This document shows positions 1-8,145 of a DNA stretch of 64,000 nt, piece by piece. The stretch is taken from contig CALUTM010000002.1 in the NCBI GenBank assembly GCA_944323705.1, forward strand, positions 542 through 64,541, read 5' to 3'. The notes beneath the pieces were generated by a model. The model was given only the letters and a program-made list of their open reading frames with translations, had not been told where the DNA came from and searched no databases. This DNA comes from Candidatus Gastranaerophilales bacterium. Its GTDB lineage: Bacteria > Cyanobacteriota > Vampirovibrionia > Gastranaerophilales > Gastranaerophilaceae. Numbering within the stretch: the stretch's first letter is position 1; each line of letters opens with the position of its first letter. A program made the position numbers and the translations under genes.

Positions 1-966
1 ATACCCGAGTTTTCTGCCGGAAGCCACCAGAATTTGTTCTCTTACAATATCTATTTGGGAAATCATTTCCGTAACACAATGTTCTACCTGAACTCTGGTA
101 TTCATTTCCATAAAATACCATTTTCCGTCGTGGTCAAGCAAAAATTCACAAGTTCCGGCACCTTCATATCCTATTGCTTTAGCCGCACGAACTGCTGCTG
201 CCCCCATTTCATTACGCGTTTTTTCGTCTATTGCGGGAGAAGGAGCCTCCTCCAGAAGTTTTTGATGGCGGCGTTGAATTGAACAGTCTCTTTCTCCGAG
301 GTGAATAACATTACCGAAAGAATCGCCCAGTATTTGAACCTCAATATGTCTCGGATTTTCGAGGAATTTCTCGGCATAAATTCCGGGATTCCCGAAGAAC
401 TTTTCCGCTTCCATCCGGCAAAGATTCATGTTTGTTTCCAACTCATCGTCATTTCTTACGATTCGCATTCCTTTGCCGCCTCCGCCTGCGGTTGCCTTAA
501 GGATAATCGGATAACCTGCCTTATGGGCAAATTCTCTTGCCTGTTCCAACGATTCCAGAATCCCCGTTCCCGGCGTAACAGGAACATCATTTTCTATCAT
601 CGTTTTGCGTGCCGTTGCCTTGTCCCCCATTTTACGCATGGATTCCGCAGAGGGACCGATAAATTTTATACCGTGTTCAGTACAAATATCGACAAAATCT
701 GCCCTCTCCGACATAAAACCGTAACCGGGATGAATCGCGTCACATCCTGTCATAAGAGCGGTCGATATTATCGCAGGAATACTCAAATAACTCTGTGCAC
801 TCGGTGCGGGACCGATGCAGTATGCATCCGTAGCCAATCTTACATGCAAAGACTGTGCATCCGCTTGAGAATATATTGCAACCGTCGGAATCCCGAGCTC
901 TCTGCAAGCTCTTATTACCCTTACGGCAATTTCGCCTCTATTTGCTATTAAAACTCTTTTGAACAT
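1..966 (-). CDS. accC: Acetyl-CoA carboxylase biotin carboxylase subunit (partial, runs off window start)
   Basis: Manual translation from ATG 966 gives [33 protein letters not shown]...[11 protein letters not shown]. Absent from the ORF track because there is no stop in the window. Directly downstream of accB. Confidence 0.96.
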   Translation of the reverse strand, partial: MFKRVLIANRGEIAVRVIRACRELGIPTVAIYSQADAQSLHVRLATDAYCIGPAPSAQSYLSIPAIISTALMTGCDAIHPGYGFMSERADFVDICTEHGIKFIGPSAESMRKMGDKATARKTMIENDVPVTPGTGILESLEQAREFAHKAGYPIILKATAGGGGKGMRIVRNDDELETNMNLCRMEAEKFFGNPGIYAEKFLENPRHIEVQILGDSFGNVIHLGERDCSIQRRHQKLLEEAPSPAIDEKTRNEMGAAAVRAAKAIGYEGAGTCEFLLDHDGKWYFMEMNTRVQVEHCVTEMISQIDIVREQILVASGRKLGY

Positions 967-1046
967 GCTATTCTTTCCTTTATCCTAATGGGACAGCTTT
1001 ACCCTCTCCAAAGGAGAGTGAACAAGCAATACTTTTGCGAATTCTA

Positions 1047-1505
1047 CTATTCAACGTACATCAAAACCTGACCATACTCGACAGGGTCACCGTTTTTAAC
1101 ACATATCTGTACAATTTTCCCTGCCTGTTCTGATTTGATTTCGTTCATAAGCTTCATTGCTTCAATAATACAAACAACGTCACCGACTTCTACATTTGAA
1201 CCTACTTCTACAAACGGATTTGCTTCCGGAGAAGATGCTGCATAAAAAGTACCTACCATTGGAGAAGTAATTGCCCTACCTTTAATTTCAGGTTCCTTTG
1301 CTTCAACCGCAGCTGAAGATGAAGGTACCTGTGCAGCCGCAGGCGTTGCAACCGCTGCTGTAGAAGGAGCTGCAACCATATTTACTTCCGGCAAGTCTTT
1401 TCTTATTGTTATTGCCTGTTCTCCGTCCTCCAAGGATATCTCCGTTAAATCGTTATCTGCTATAATTTTTGCTAATTTTTCTATATAATCTGTTTCAAAC
1501 TTCAT
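1047..1505 (-). CDS. accB: Biotin carboxyl carrier protein
   Basis: [10 protein letters not shown] biotinylation motif and Ala/Pro linker. Start placed at ATG 1505 after an AAGGAG RBS (track start 1523). Confidence 0.96.
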   Translation of the reverse strand: MKFETDYIEKLAKIIADNDLTEISLEDGEQAITIRKDLPEVNMVAAPSTAAVATPAAAQVPSSSAAVEAKEPEIKGRAITSPMVGTFYAASSPEANPFVEVGSNVEVGDVVCIIEAMKLMNEIKSEQAGKIVQICVKNGDPVEYGQVLMYVE

Positions 1506-1625
1506 TATTTTCTCCTTAACCATATTTCACGATTAATGTTTTAAATTTAAGTCGGTACAGAAAGATAAAACGAAAGACAACTAAACCTGTCTAACCAACG
1601 CAATCAATCCGTACCGATTTACAAA

Positions 1626-2183
1626 CTACACTCTGTCAAGGTATTCGTTGCTTCTGGTATCAACTCTTATGATATCACCGTTTGCAACGAAGAACGGGAC
1701 TTGAACAACCGCCCCCGTTTCCAGTGTTGCGGGCTTTGTACCTCCCTGAGCGGTGTTACCCTTTTCTGCCGGAGGAGTATCAACGACTTCCAACTCAACA
1801 TGGGCAGGAATATCAACCCCTATAATTCTTTTATCGTGCATCAACACCTGAACAATCATATTTTCTTTAAGGTATTTAACCCCATCGCCTACGTGATCCT
1901 CAGGTATTTGAATCTGTTCATAAGATTCGTTATCCATCATAACGTAATCTTTTCCATCTTTATATAAGTATTGCATTTCTCTGCGGTCAAGCATAGCCTT
2001 AGCAACTTTTTCACCTGCTCTGAAAGTTTTTTCTACAACGTTTCCTGTTTCAACGTTTTTGAGTTTTGTTCTTACAAAGGCAGCACCTTTACCCGGTTTT
2101 ACGTGCAAAAATTCTACAACGTTCCACAAACCGTTATCAAGTTCAAGTGTTAAGCCATTCTTTAAATCGTTTACTGAAATCAT
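1626..2183 (-). CDS. efp: Elongation factor P
   Basis: HVKPGKGAAFVRTKLKN and KPATLETG motifs, 185 aa. Confidence 0.97.
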   Translation of the reverse strand: MISVNDLKNGLTLELDNGLWNVVEFLHVKPGKGAAFVRTKLKNVETGNVVEKTFRAGEKVAKAMLDRREMQYLYKDGKDYVMMDNESYEQIQIPEDHVGDGVKYLKENMIVQVLMHDKRIIGVDIPAHVELEVVDTPPAEKGNTAQGGTKPATLETGAVVQVPFFVANGDIIRVDTRSNEYLDRV

Positions 2184-2375
2184 ACATACTCCTTAATTGT
2201 ACTGTCTGTTCATTTTTTTAAATACTAACATAAACCAAAGTTTGGTGCAAGTTTCATCAATTTTTTCATAAAAAATATAAAAACCTATTGGCAAAAAAAA
2301 TTTTTTTATTATAATAATAGAACACCCACATTGGGGAGGAAATTTTAGAAATACATTACCCGAAAGGAATAGAAT

Positions 2376-2543
2376 ATGAATAGTAGTGACTTTGCTTTGC
2401 TGTCTCAAAATGTGTCTGAAGGCACTAATTCAAATCGGAATTACGCTTCCAATCCGCAAAGAACAGTTATCAAACATTTATTTCAAGCAAAAATTAAACA
2501 ATCACATGATAATCTGTTTAACTTTATCAATGACAATATCTAA
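2376..2543 (+). CDS. Small hypothetical protein (55 aa), below ORF-track cutoff
   Basis: AAAGGA RBS before ATG 2376. MNSSDFALLSQNVSEG...LFNFINDNI*. Upstream TTGGCA-16-TATAAT (2288-2315). Confidence 0.55.
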   Translation: MNSSDFALLSQNVSEGTNSNRNYASNPQRTVIKHLFQAKIKQSHDNLFNFINDNI

Positions 2544-4180
2544 CCCAAAAGAGTTTGTGCAAACTTAAGTGACTCGTCGGTAATTTCACCGCCCGCAAGC
2601 TCCGCTATGGCGTTAAGTTTGGCTTCACCGTCGAGAACGGTTATTTCTACACTCGTTCCGACATCCTGAGTTTTCTTAACATAAAAATGTCTGTCGGACT
2701 TAGAAGCAATTATCGCCTGATGTGTTATCATAATAACCTGCATAAATTTTGATAGTTCTTTAACTTCGTCCGCAACAGATTGGGAAGTTTTGCCGGATAT
2801 TCCCGTATCTATCTCATCAAAAATTACCGTATCTATATTATCATTCTCCGCAAAAATCGTCTTTATTGCGAGCATTACTCTGGAAATTTCGCCGCCCGAG
2901 GCAACCTTGGCAAGCGGTTTTAAATCTTCCGAGACATTAGTGGAAATCAAAAACTCCACCTTGTCGCACCCGTTGGGAGACAGAGAACAGGGCTCAAAAT
3001 GTATATCAAATCTCACTTTTGGCAATTCCAATTTTTCCAGCTTTTCGACGATTAAACCGGAAAGCCGTGAAGCACTCTCTTTTCTTGCAGCAGAAACTCT
3101 CCGGGCAAGTTCACGCAAATTATTTTCAAGGATTTCAATATCCTTCTCTAAGTCCTCTATATTTTGGGTAGAAAATTCAATTCCCTCCAGTTCTTTTCTG
3201 AAAACTTCACCCTGAGCAAGTACTTTTTCCAAACTTCCGCCATATTTACGTTTCAGCTTATCCAAAAGGAAAAGCCGCTCCTGTATAAGATTAATCCGCT
3301 CTTCATCGTTGTCAAGAGAATTTGAGTACTCTCTCAAAATTGAAGAAACATTTTTCAACCCCTCGATTGCCTCAATTAACTCTCCCTGTGCACTCTCAAG
3401 CGAACCGTCCATAAGTACCGCTTTTGAAATATTCGCCTTTATCTGCATTAAGCCGTCCAATACAGAGCCGTCATCGCCTGAAATTGCCCAATACGAAGAG
3501 CCCGTAAGCTCCTTAAGCTTTTCAACATTTTCCAACACGGAAAGCTCGTTATTCAACTCTTCATCCTCGGTGATAGAAGTTATTCGGGCTTCATCTATTT
3601 CATTTAGCTGAAACTTAAGAAAATCAATCTGTTCTTCGGTTTTATTCGCAGAAGATTTCAATTCGGCAAGTTTTTCTGTCATATCTCTGTATTTTGCAAA
3701 CTCTTTCCTATAAATGTCGAGATTCGCATCTTTTGTATATGAATCCAGTAATTCAATATGATACTTGGGCTGCAAAAACGAATATGTCTGATGTTGAGAA
3801 TGTATGTCAAGAAAAAGTTCACGAAAATTCTTCATAAACTCCTGATTAACCAAACATCCGTTTACCCTGGAACGTGAGCCTGTTTGGGTAATTTCACGGG
3901 ACAATACGATTTCTTCCCCGCTATTATCAATACCGTATTCGGAAAACAAATCCGTAAGATTTTGTTTTGTATTAACAATCGTAAGTTCAATTACAGCCTT
4001 GTCTGCACCTGTTTTTATAACCTCTTTTCCTGCTTTTGCCCCAAAAGCTATATCAATAGCATTAATCAAAATACTTTTTCCCGCACCGGTTTCGCCGGTT
4101 ATAATATTCAAGCCCTTGGAAAACTCCACTTCCGTTTCATCAATTAATATATAATTTTTTATAAGTATTTTTGATAACAT
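2540..4180 (-). CDS. recN: DNA repair protein RecN
   Basis: GETGAGKS Walker A, coiled coil, ASGGEISR signature, FDEIDTG Walker B. Confidence 0.96.
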   Translation of the reverse strand: MLSKILIKNYILIDETEVEFSKGLNIITGETGAGKSILINAIDIAFGAKAGKEVIKTGADKAVIELTIVNTKQNLTDLFSEYGIDNSGEEIVLSREITQTGSRSRVNGCLVNQEFMKNFRELFLDIHSQHQTYSFLQPKYHIELLDSYTKDANLDIYRKEFAKYRDMTEKLAELKSSANKTEEQIDFLKFQLNEIDEARITSITEDEELNNELSVLENVEKLKELTGSSYWAISGDDGSVLDGLMQIKANISKAVLMDGSLESAQGELIEAIEGLKNVSSILREYSNSLDNDEERINLIQERLFLLDKLKRKYGGSLEKVLAQGEVFRKELEGIEFSTQNIEDLEKDIEILENNLRELARRVSAARKESASRLSGLIVEKLEKLELPKVRFDIHFEPCSLSPNGCDKVEFLISTNVSEDLKPLAKVASGGEISRVMLAIKTIFAENDNIDTVIFDEIDTGISGKTSQSVADEVKELSKFMQVIMITHQAIIASKSDRHFYVKKTQDVGTSVEITVLDGEAKLNAIAELAGGEITDESLKFAQTLLG

Positions 4181-4183
4181 TAC

Positions 4184-5302
4184 CTATTCTTCCTCTTCCA
4201 AAGCCTCTTCCGCTTTGGCTTCATCATCCGTATTTAAAAGCTCCTTCGCATCATCTTCCGCAGATTCGTACTCTTCGTCGGAAGCCTCCGACTCTTCCTC
4301 CTCATTATCAGACGACACTTCATCAGTATCCGTCTCATCATACTCTTCAATTTCACTTTCAGGCTCTATTCTTTCATGCCTGTCTAATTTTTCCTCCATC
4401 AACTCATACTCATGCTCAACTATATTGCGTGGAAAAGTAAGAGTATAGGGGTTTTTTAATGCCAAAGCCAAATTATCACAATATTTTTCTAAATCACCTA
4501 TGTATTTATAAACACGGGCAAGACAATAATACAAGTCTCCGTTTTCTTCACTCTCAAGTCTTGTATGCAAAACCTCCAGAATTTCTTCCGTGCTGCCTTC
4601 TTTCAAACAAATTTTGACCAGAAGCTTGTATGCCTCAATATCATTCGGGTTATATTCCAAAGTCTTTTGTAAATAATTCTTTGCTTCTTCAATGTTTCCG
4701 TTTTGAAAAGCAATCGAACCCAAATTAAAATACGCCCAACTATAGTCAGGGGAAATTTCAAGAACCTTTTGATAATTTTCTATGGCAAAGTTTGTAAGCC
4801 CTTCTTTTTGATAAATATATCCCAAATAAAAGTAGGCAAATATATCTTTGGGATTTAAGCTGATTGCCTTTTGAAAATTGTCCGTTGCAAGATTTTTTTC
4901 ATCCTTATTAAAATAACAGAGCCCGAGATTAAAATAACAATTCCCGTCCTCGGCATCAGTTTTTAAAACCTCTCTGAAAGCGGCAATCGCAGCATCCCAT
5001 TCTTTAAGTTCCACAAGTACATCCCCGAGGTTGTAATAAAAATCCTCCTGCGGTGATATCTCAACGGCTTTTTCGTAACAAGCCTTAGCCTCCTCAAAAT
5101 TTTTAAGCTTCTCATATACAATCCCTAAGTTGTAATAAAGCTCCGCATCATCAGGGAAATACCTGATCAGATACTTGAGGTTCCCCTCCGCCTCCTCATT
5201 AAAACCGTTGTTCACAAGAAGTATGGAAAGTTCCCGTCTGGCTTGAAAATTTGAGGGATCATCTCTTAATATACCTTGAAGTGACTCTATATCATTATCC
5301 AT
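4184..5302 (-). CDS. Tetratricopeptide repeat protein with acidic C-terminal tail
   Basis: Repeated YYNLG/YFNLG/YFYLG TPR units and a Glu/Asp-rich last ~60 aa. Confidence 0.88.
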   Translation of the reverse strand: MDNDIESLQGILRDDPSNFQARRELSILLVNNGFNEEAEGNLKYLIRYFPDDAELYYNLGIVYEKLKNFEEAKACYEKAVEISPQEDFYYNLGDVLVELKEWDAAIAAFREVLKTDAEDGNCYFNLGLCYFNKDEKNLATDNFQKAISLNPKDIFAYFYLGYIYQKEGLTNFAIENYQKVLEISPDYSWAYFNLGSIAFQNGNIEEAKNYLQKTLEYNPNDIEAYKLLVKICLKEGSTEEILEVLHTRLESEENGDLYYCLARVYKYIGDLEKYCDNLALALKNPYTLTFPRNIVEHEYELMEEKLDRHERIEPESEIEEYDETDTDEVSSDNEEEESEASDEEYESAEDDAKELLNTDDEAKAEEALEEEE

Positions 5303-5422
5303 AAGTTAATTATAACAAAATCAGTATAAATAGTAAATTTTTGTAAACAATTTCTGTTTTACTAGCAAAAAATTTTAATTACGCGTTTTAGAACAAATGG
5401 ATGGTTGATTAATTTCAAAATA

Positions 5423-5431
5423 TGATATAAT
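5423..5431 (+). promoter_or_regulatory. Extended -10 promoter (TGnTATAAT) upstream of 5459 ORF and thyX
   Basis: TGATATAAT at 5423-5431, about 27 nt before ATG 5459. Confidence 0.5.
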
Positions 5432-5458
5432 TGTATAAAATAAAACGAGGTAAAGCAT

Positions 5459-5788
5459 ATGAGTGAAGTAAATGGTCCAAAATTTAGTGTTAATTCAGTG
5501 AATTTTAACGGTATGCAAAAATCAATGCCGGAAGTTCAGCAGGAAACTCAAACTGCGGATACACCGCAGCTGAATGATTTTTCCAATCCTAAAGCTGAAT
5601 CATTAGGACGTTCAATGCTGTTTAAAGGTGCTGATGATGTCAGCCACAATTTGAAAGCATTACTTGAAAATCCTCAAATTGCGGAAAATTCGGACAAAGC
5701 CTTTGAAACCGCATACAAAGCCGCTCAGAGTGCAGGGTTGGAAAACCCCTACGAAGAGGCTGCAAGTTTTGCAACCGGAGCCATGTAA
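5459..5788 (+). CDS. Hypothetical protein with N-terminal VNFNG leader
   Basis: 109 aa ORF with GAGG RBS; no recognisable domain. Confidence 0.7.
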   Translation: MSEVNGPKFSVNSVNFNGMQKSMPEVQQETQTADTPQLNDFSNPKAESLGRSMLFKGADDVSHNLKALLENPQIAENSDKAFETAYKAAQSAGLENPYEEAASFATGAM

Positions 5789-5809
5789 AAACACATTAAC
5801 GGAGAGAGT

Positions 5810-6505
5810 ATGGAAGAGAACAATAAGCCTGTTGTGCATTTAATCTCAAAACCCGAGAATATGCTCAAGACAATATACACTGCTTGCAGAACCTGTTACA
5901 GTGCCCTGTCACCGTATGAAATATACAACAGTACGGACGACGAAGAAAAAATGCTTACGCTGATAGAAAGAGTTATTTCTTCGGGGCATTATTCCACTAT
6001 TGAACATATACAGGTTACATTCGCAATTTCAAATGTTTCAAGAGCTTGTACACACCAACTCGTGAGACACCGTCACATGTCTTTTTCACAAAAATCACAA
6101 CGCTATGTGAAGGAAAAAGGACAATTTGACTATATTATTCCCCCCACGATTGCCAAAGACGAAAACCTTAAGAAAAAGTTTGTTGACTTTATGGAAGAAA
6201 TCTCAAAGAAATATTGCGAATTTACGGAAGCGGGTATTCCCGCGGAAGATGCAAGAGCAGTTCTTCCAAATGCCGCTGCAAGCTCTATTGTTGCAAGCCT
6301 CAACCTTAGAGAGATGATTCATCTTGCAAACCTTAGACTCTGCACGCGTGCACAGTATGAAATCAGAACCATGATTAAAATGATGTGTGAAGAATTGACT
6401 AAAGAAGAACCCTGGCTAAAACCGTATTTGGTACCAAAATGCGAAAGGCTCGGATATTGTGATGAAGATAAATCCTGCGGAAGGAAACCAAAATTAGCTC
6501 AATGA
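5810..6505 (+). CDS. thyX: FAD-dependent thymidylate synthase
   Basis: HYSTIEH, RACTHQLVRHRHMSFSQKSQRY and AQYEIR motifs. Confidence 0.96.
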   Translation: MEENNKPVVHLISKPENMLKTIYTACRTCYSALSPYEIYNSTDDEEKMLTLIERVISSGHYSTIEHIQVTFAISNVSRACTHQLVRHRHMSFSQKSQRYVKEKGQFDYIIPPTIAKDENLKKKFVDFMEEISKKYCEFTEAGIPAEDARAVLPNAAASSIVASLNLREMIHLANLRLCTRAQYEIRTMIKMMCEELTKEEPWLKPYLVPKCERLGYCDEDKSCGRKPKLAQ

Positions 6506-7293
6506 AAAAACTTGGAATAATCTTTACATTAATTTTTCTCCTCCTGACAGCATTCTATTATTTTGTACTTGCACCCGAAAAATATACCGAACCTGATTTG
6601 TACGACGAAATAATAAAACGCGGAAAGATTAAGGTCGGAATAAATACAGACTCCAAGCCCTTCGGTTTTTATAATAAAGATTGGGAAATCGAAGGATACG
6701 ACGCAGATTTGGCAAGATATATCGCACAATATCTGCTTAAGAGTCCGAATGCTGTTGAGTTTTTTCCTGTAACACCCGCAAACAGAATGATAAAAGTGTC
6801 AACGGGAGAACTTGATATTATAGTTGCGACAATGACTATAACTCCGCAAAGACAAGAGATTATAGACTTTTCCATCCCATACGATTATGCGGGACAGGCT
6901 CTGCTCGTAAAATCAAGCAGTAAAATAACGTCCATTGCCGATTTAAGCGGACAAAACGTGGGAGTTGTATACGGTACAACGGCAGAAAAAAATATGCTGA
7001 ATCTGGTTCCAAATGCAAATATTATCGGATTTAGAAACTACAGAACGGCGTATGAAGCTCTTAAGGCAGGAAAAATTGACGCACTTACCTCGGATGATAC
7101 AATTTTAAGCAGATTTGCTTTTGAAGATGACTCGGTAAAACTTTTGCCTAAAAGATATTCAAGAGAACCTTACGGAATTGCAATAAGAAAAGGTAAAAGT
7201 ACAAAAAAACTTAAAGAGAATATTGATTTTGCAATCACTGATATGAAACGCAAAAATGTTATCACCAGACTACGCCACAAGTGGGAACTTTAG
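6502..7293 (+). CDS. Amino-acid ABC transporter substrate-binding protein (family 3)
   Basis: N-terminal hydrophobic anchor, GYDADLA, TMTITPQRQEIIDFS, EPYGIA. No permease in the window. Confidence 0.9.
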   Translation: MKKLGIIFTLIFLLLTAFYYFVLAPEKYTEPDLYDEIIKRGKIKVGINTDSKPFGFYNKDWEIEGYDADLARYIAQYLLKSPNAVEFFPVTPANRMIKVSTGELDIIVATMTITPQRQEIIDFSIPYDYAGQALLVKSSSKITSIADLSGQNVGVVYGTTAEKNMLNLVPNANIIGFRNYRTAYEALKAGKIDALTSDDTILSRFAFEDDSVKLLPKRYSREPYGIAIRKGKSTKKLKENIDFAITDMKRKNVITRLRHKWEL

Positions 7294-7327
7294 CGGAAAC
7301 AGAAATTTCTTTTCTTATTTCAAAAAA

Positions 7328-7345
7328 CGGGTTGGGCACAACCCG
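7328..7345. repeat. Degenerate REP-like hairpin CGGGTTG-GGCA-CAACCCG
   Basis: Perfect 7-bp stem, resembling the GTAG-type hairpin at 7500. Confidence 0.5.
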
Positions 7346-7447
7346 ACAAATACTATAAAATCCCAATAAACATCTGAAAGAAGGCGGGGGTAAACAAACG
7401 GTTGGACGTAGAACTATCAATATCAAGCCCGATGAATCTCCATTTCT

Positions 7448-7607
7448 GTCTTTGCGAGGCTTTTAAGCCGAAGCAATCCGGCTTTTTATAATAAATACTG
7501 TAGGTCGGGCATTGCCCGACATTAAAAAGAGACTAAGTGACGGGGTGATTAAGTGAATAAGAAGTTAACATTCAAGAGATTCTTCAGTCGCTTTGCTCCC
7601 TCTGAAT
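7448..7607 (+). repeat. Composite palindromic repeat, copy 1 (left arm GTCTTTGCGAG..CGAAGCAATCC, nested GTAG hairpin, 77-bp core)
   Basis: 7531-7607 matches 42627-42703 at 70/77 nt; 7448-7479 resembles 42542-42574; GTAGGTCGGGCATTGCCCGAC at 7500-7520. Confidence 0.85.
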
Positions 7608-7718
7608 TGTATATGTTACGTAATTCGATGACAAAATTTTTAAATTTATTCGGGACAGTTGTGCATTTACCCCCTGAATGACGATAAGATAGAGAGAAGA
7701 TTCTTCTGTTATATATAT

Positions 7719-8135
7719 TTACCCCCCCTTTGCTCCTCGGACCTTATGCCTGAAGGCAAATTTTTTAAACAAACAGTACGTAAACACCGCCGCTGCAAGT
7801 GTCGCAATTATCTGAGCAATAAAAACATTCAACCCCAAAATTTTTACCGTAAATTCCAGAAGCCCAGCATTTATCAGATAACTGAAAAACCAGGTAGTAC
7901 AACATTTTGCATACTCTCTCAACCAATTCCCCCTGCTTTCAAATACGAGGAATTTCTGAGTCGTAAAAGAAACAACCGAAGATATCGCCCAGGCAAGAGC
8001 AAGTGCAATCTGATAAATACCCTCACCCCAAACCAGACAGAATAATGAATACAAAAGATAAGATACACCCGCGTTAAACCCGCCGATAACAAGAAATCTT
8101 ATTTTGTCAGATAAACTAAACCAGAATTTCTTCAT
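7719..8135 (-). CDS. GtrA family membrane protein
   Basis: IRFLVIGGFNAGVSYLLY...VSFTTQKFLVF, four TM segments. Start set at ATG 8135, just after the PGM stop. Confidence 0.88.
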   Translation of the reverse strand: MKKFWFSLSDKIRFLVIGGFNAGVSYLLYSLFCLVWGEGIYQIALALAWAISSVVSFTTQKFLVFESRGNWLREYAKCCTTWFFSYLINAGLLEFTVKILGLNVFIAQIIATLAAAVFTYCLFKKFAFRHKVRGAKGG

Positions 8136-8145
8136 AAAACAGTCC

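Noticed and set aside
34-951. Plus-strand ORFs 34-282 and 301-951
   Set aside because: Antisense shadows of accC, which is clearly encoded on the minus strand.
1004-1018. CTCTCC-AAA-GGAGAG hairpin between accB and accC
   Set aside because: Too short to interpret; single occurrence.
7294-7718. Possible CRISPR array in the repeat-rich intergenic regions (also 42446-42834)
   Set aside because: No regularly spaced identical repeats with unique spacers, and no cas genes.
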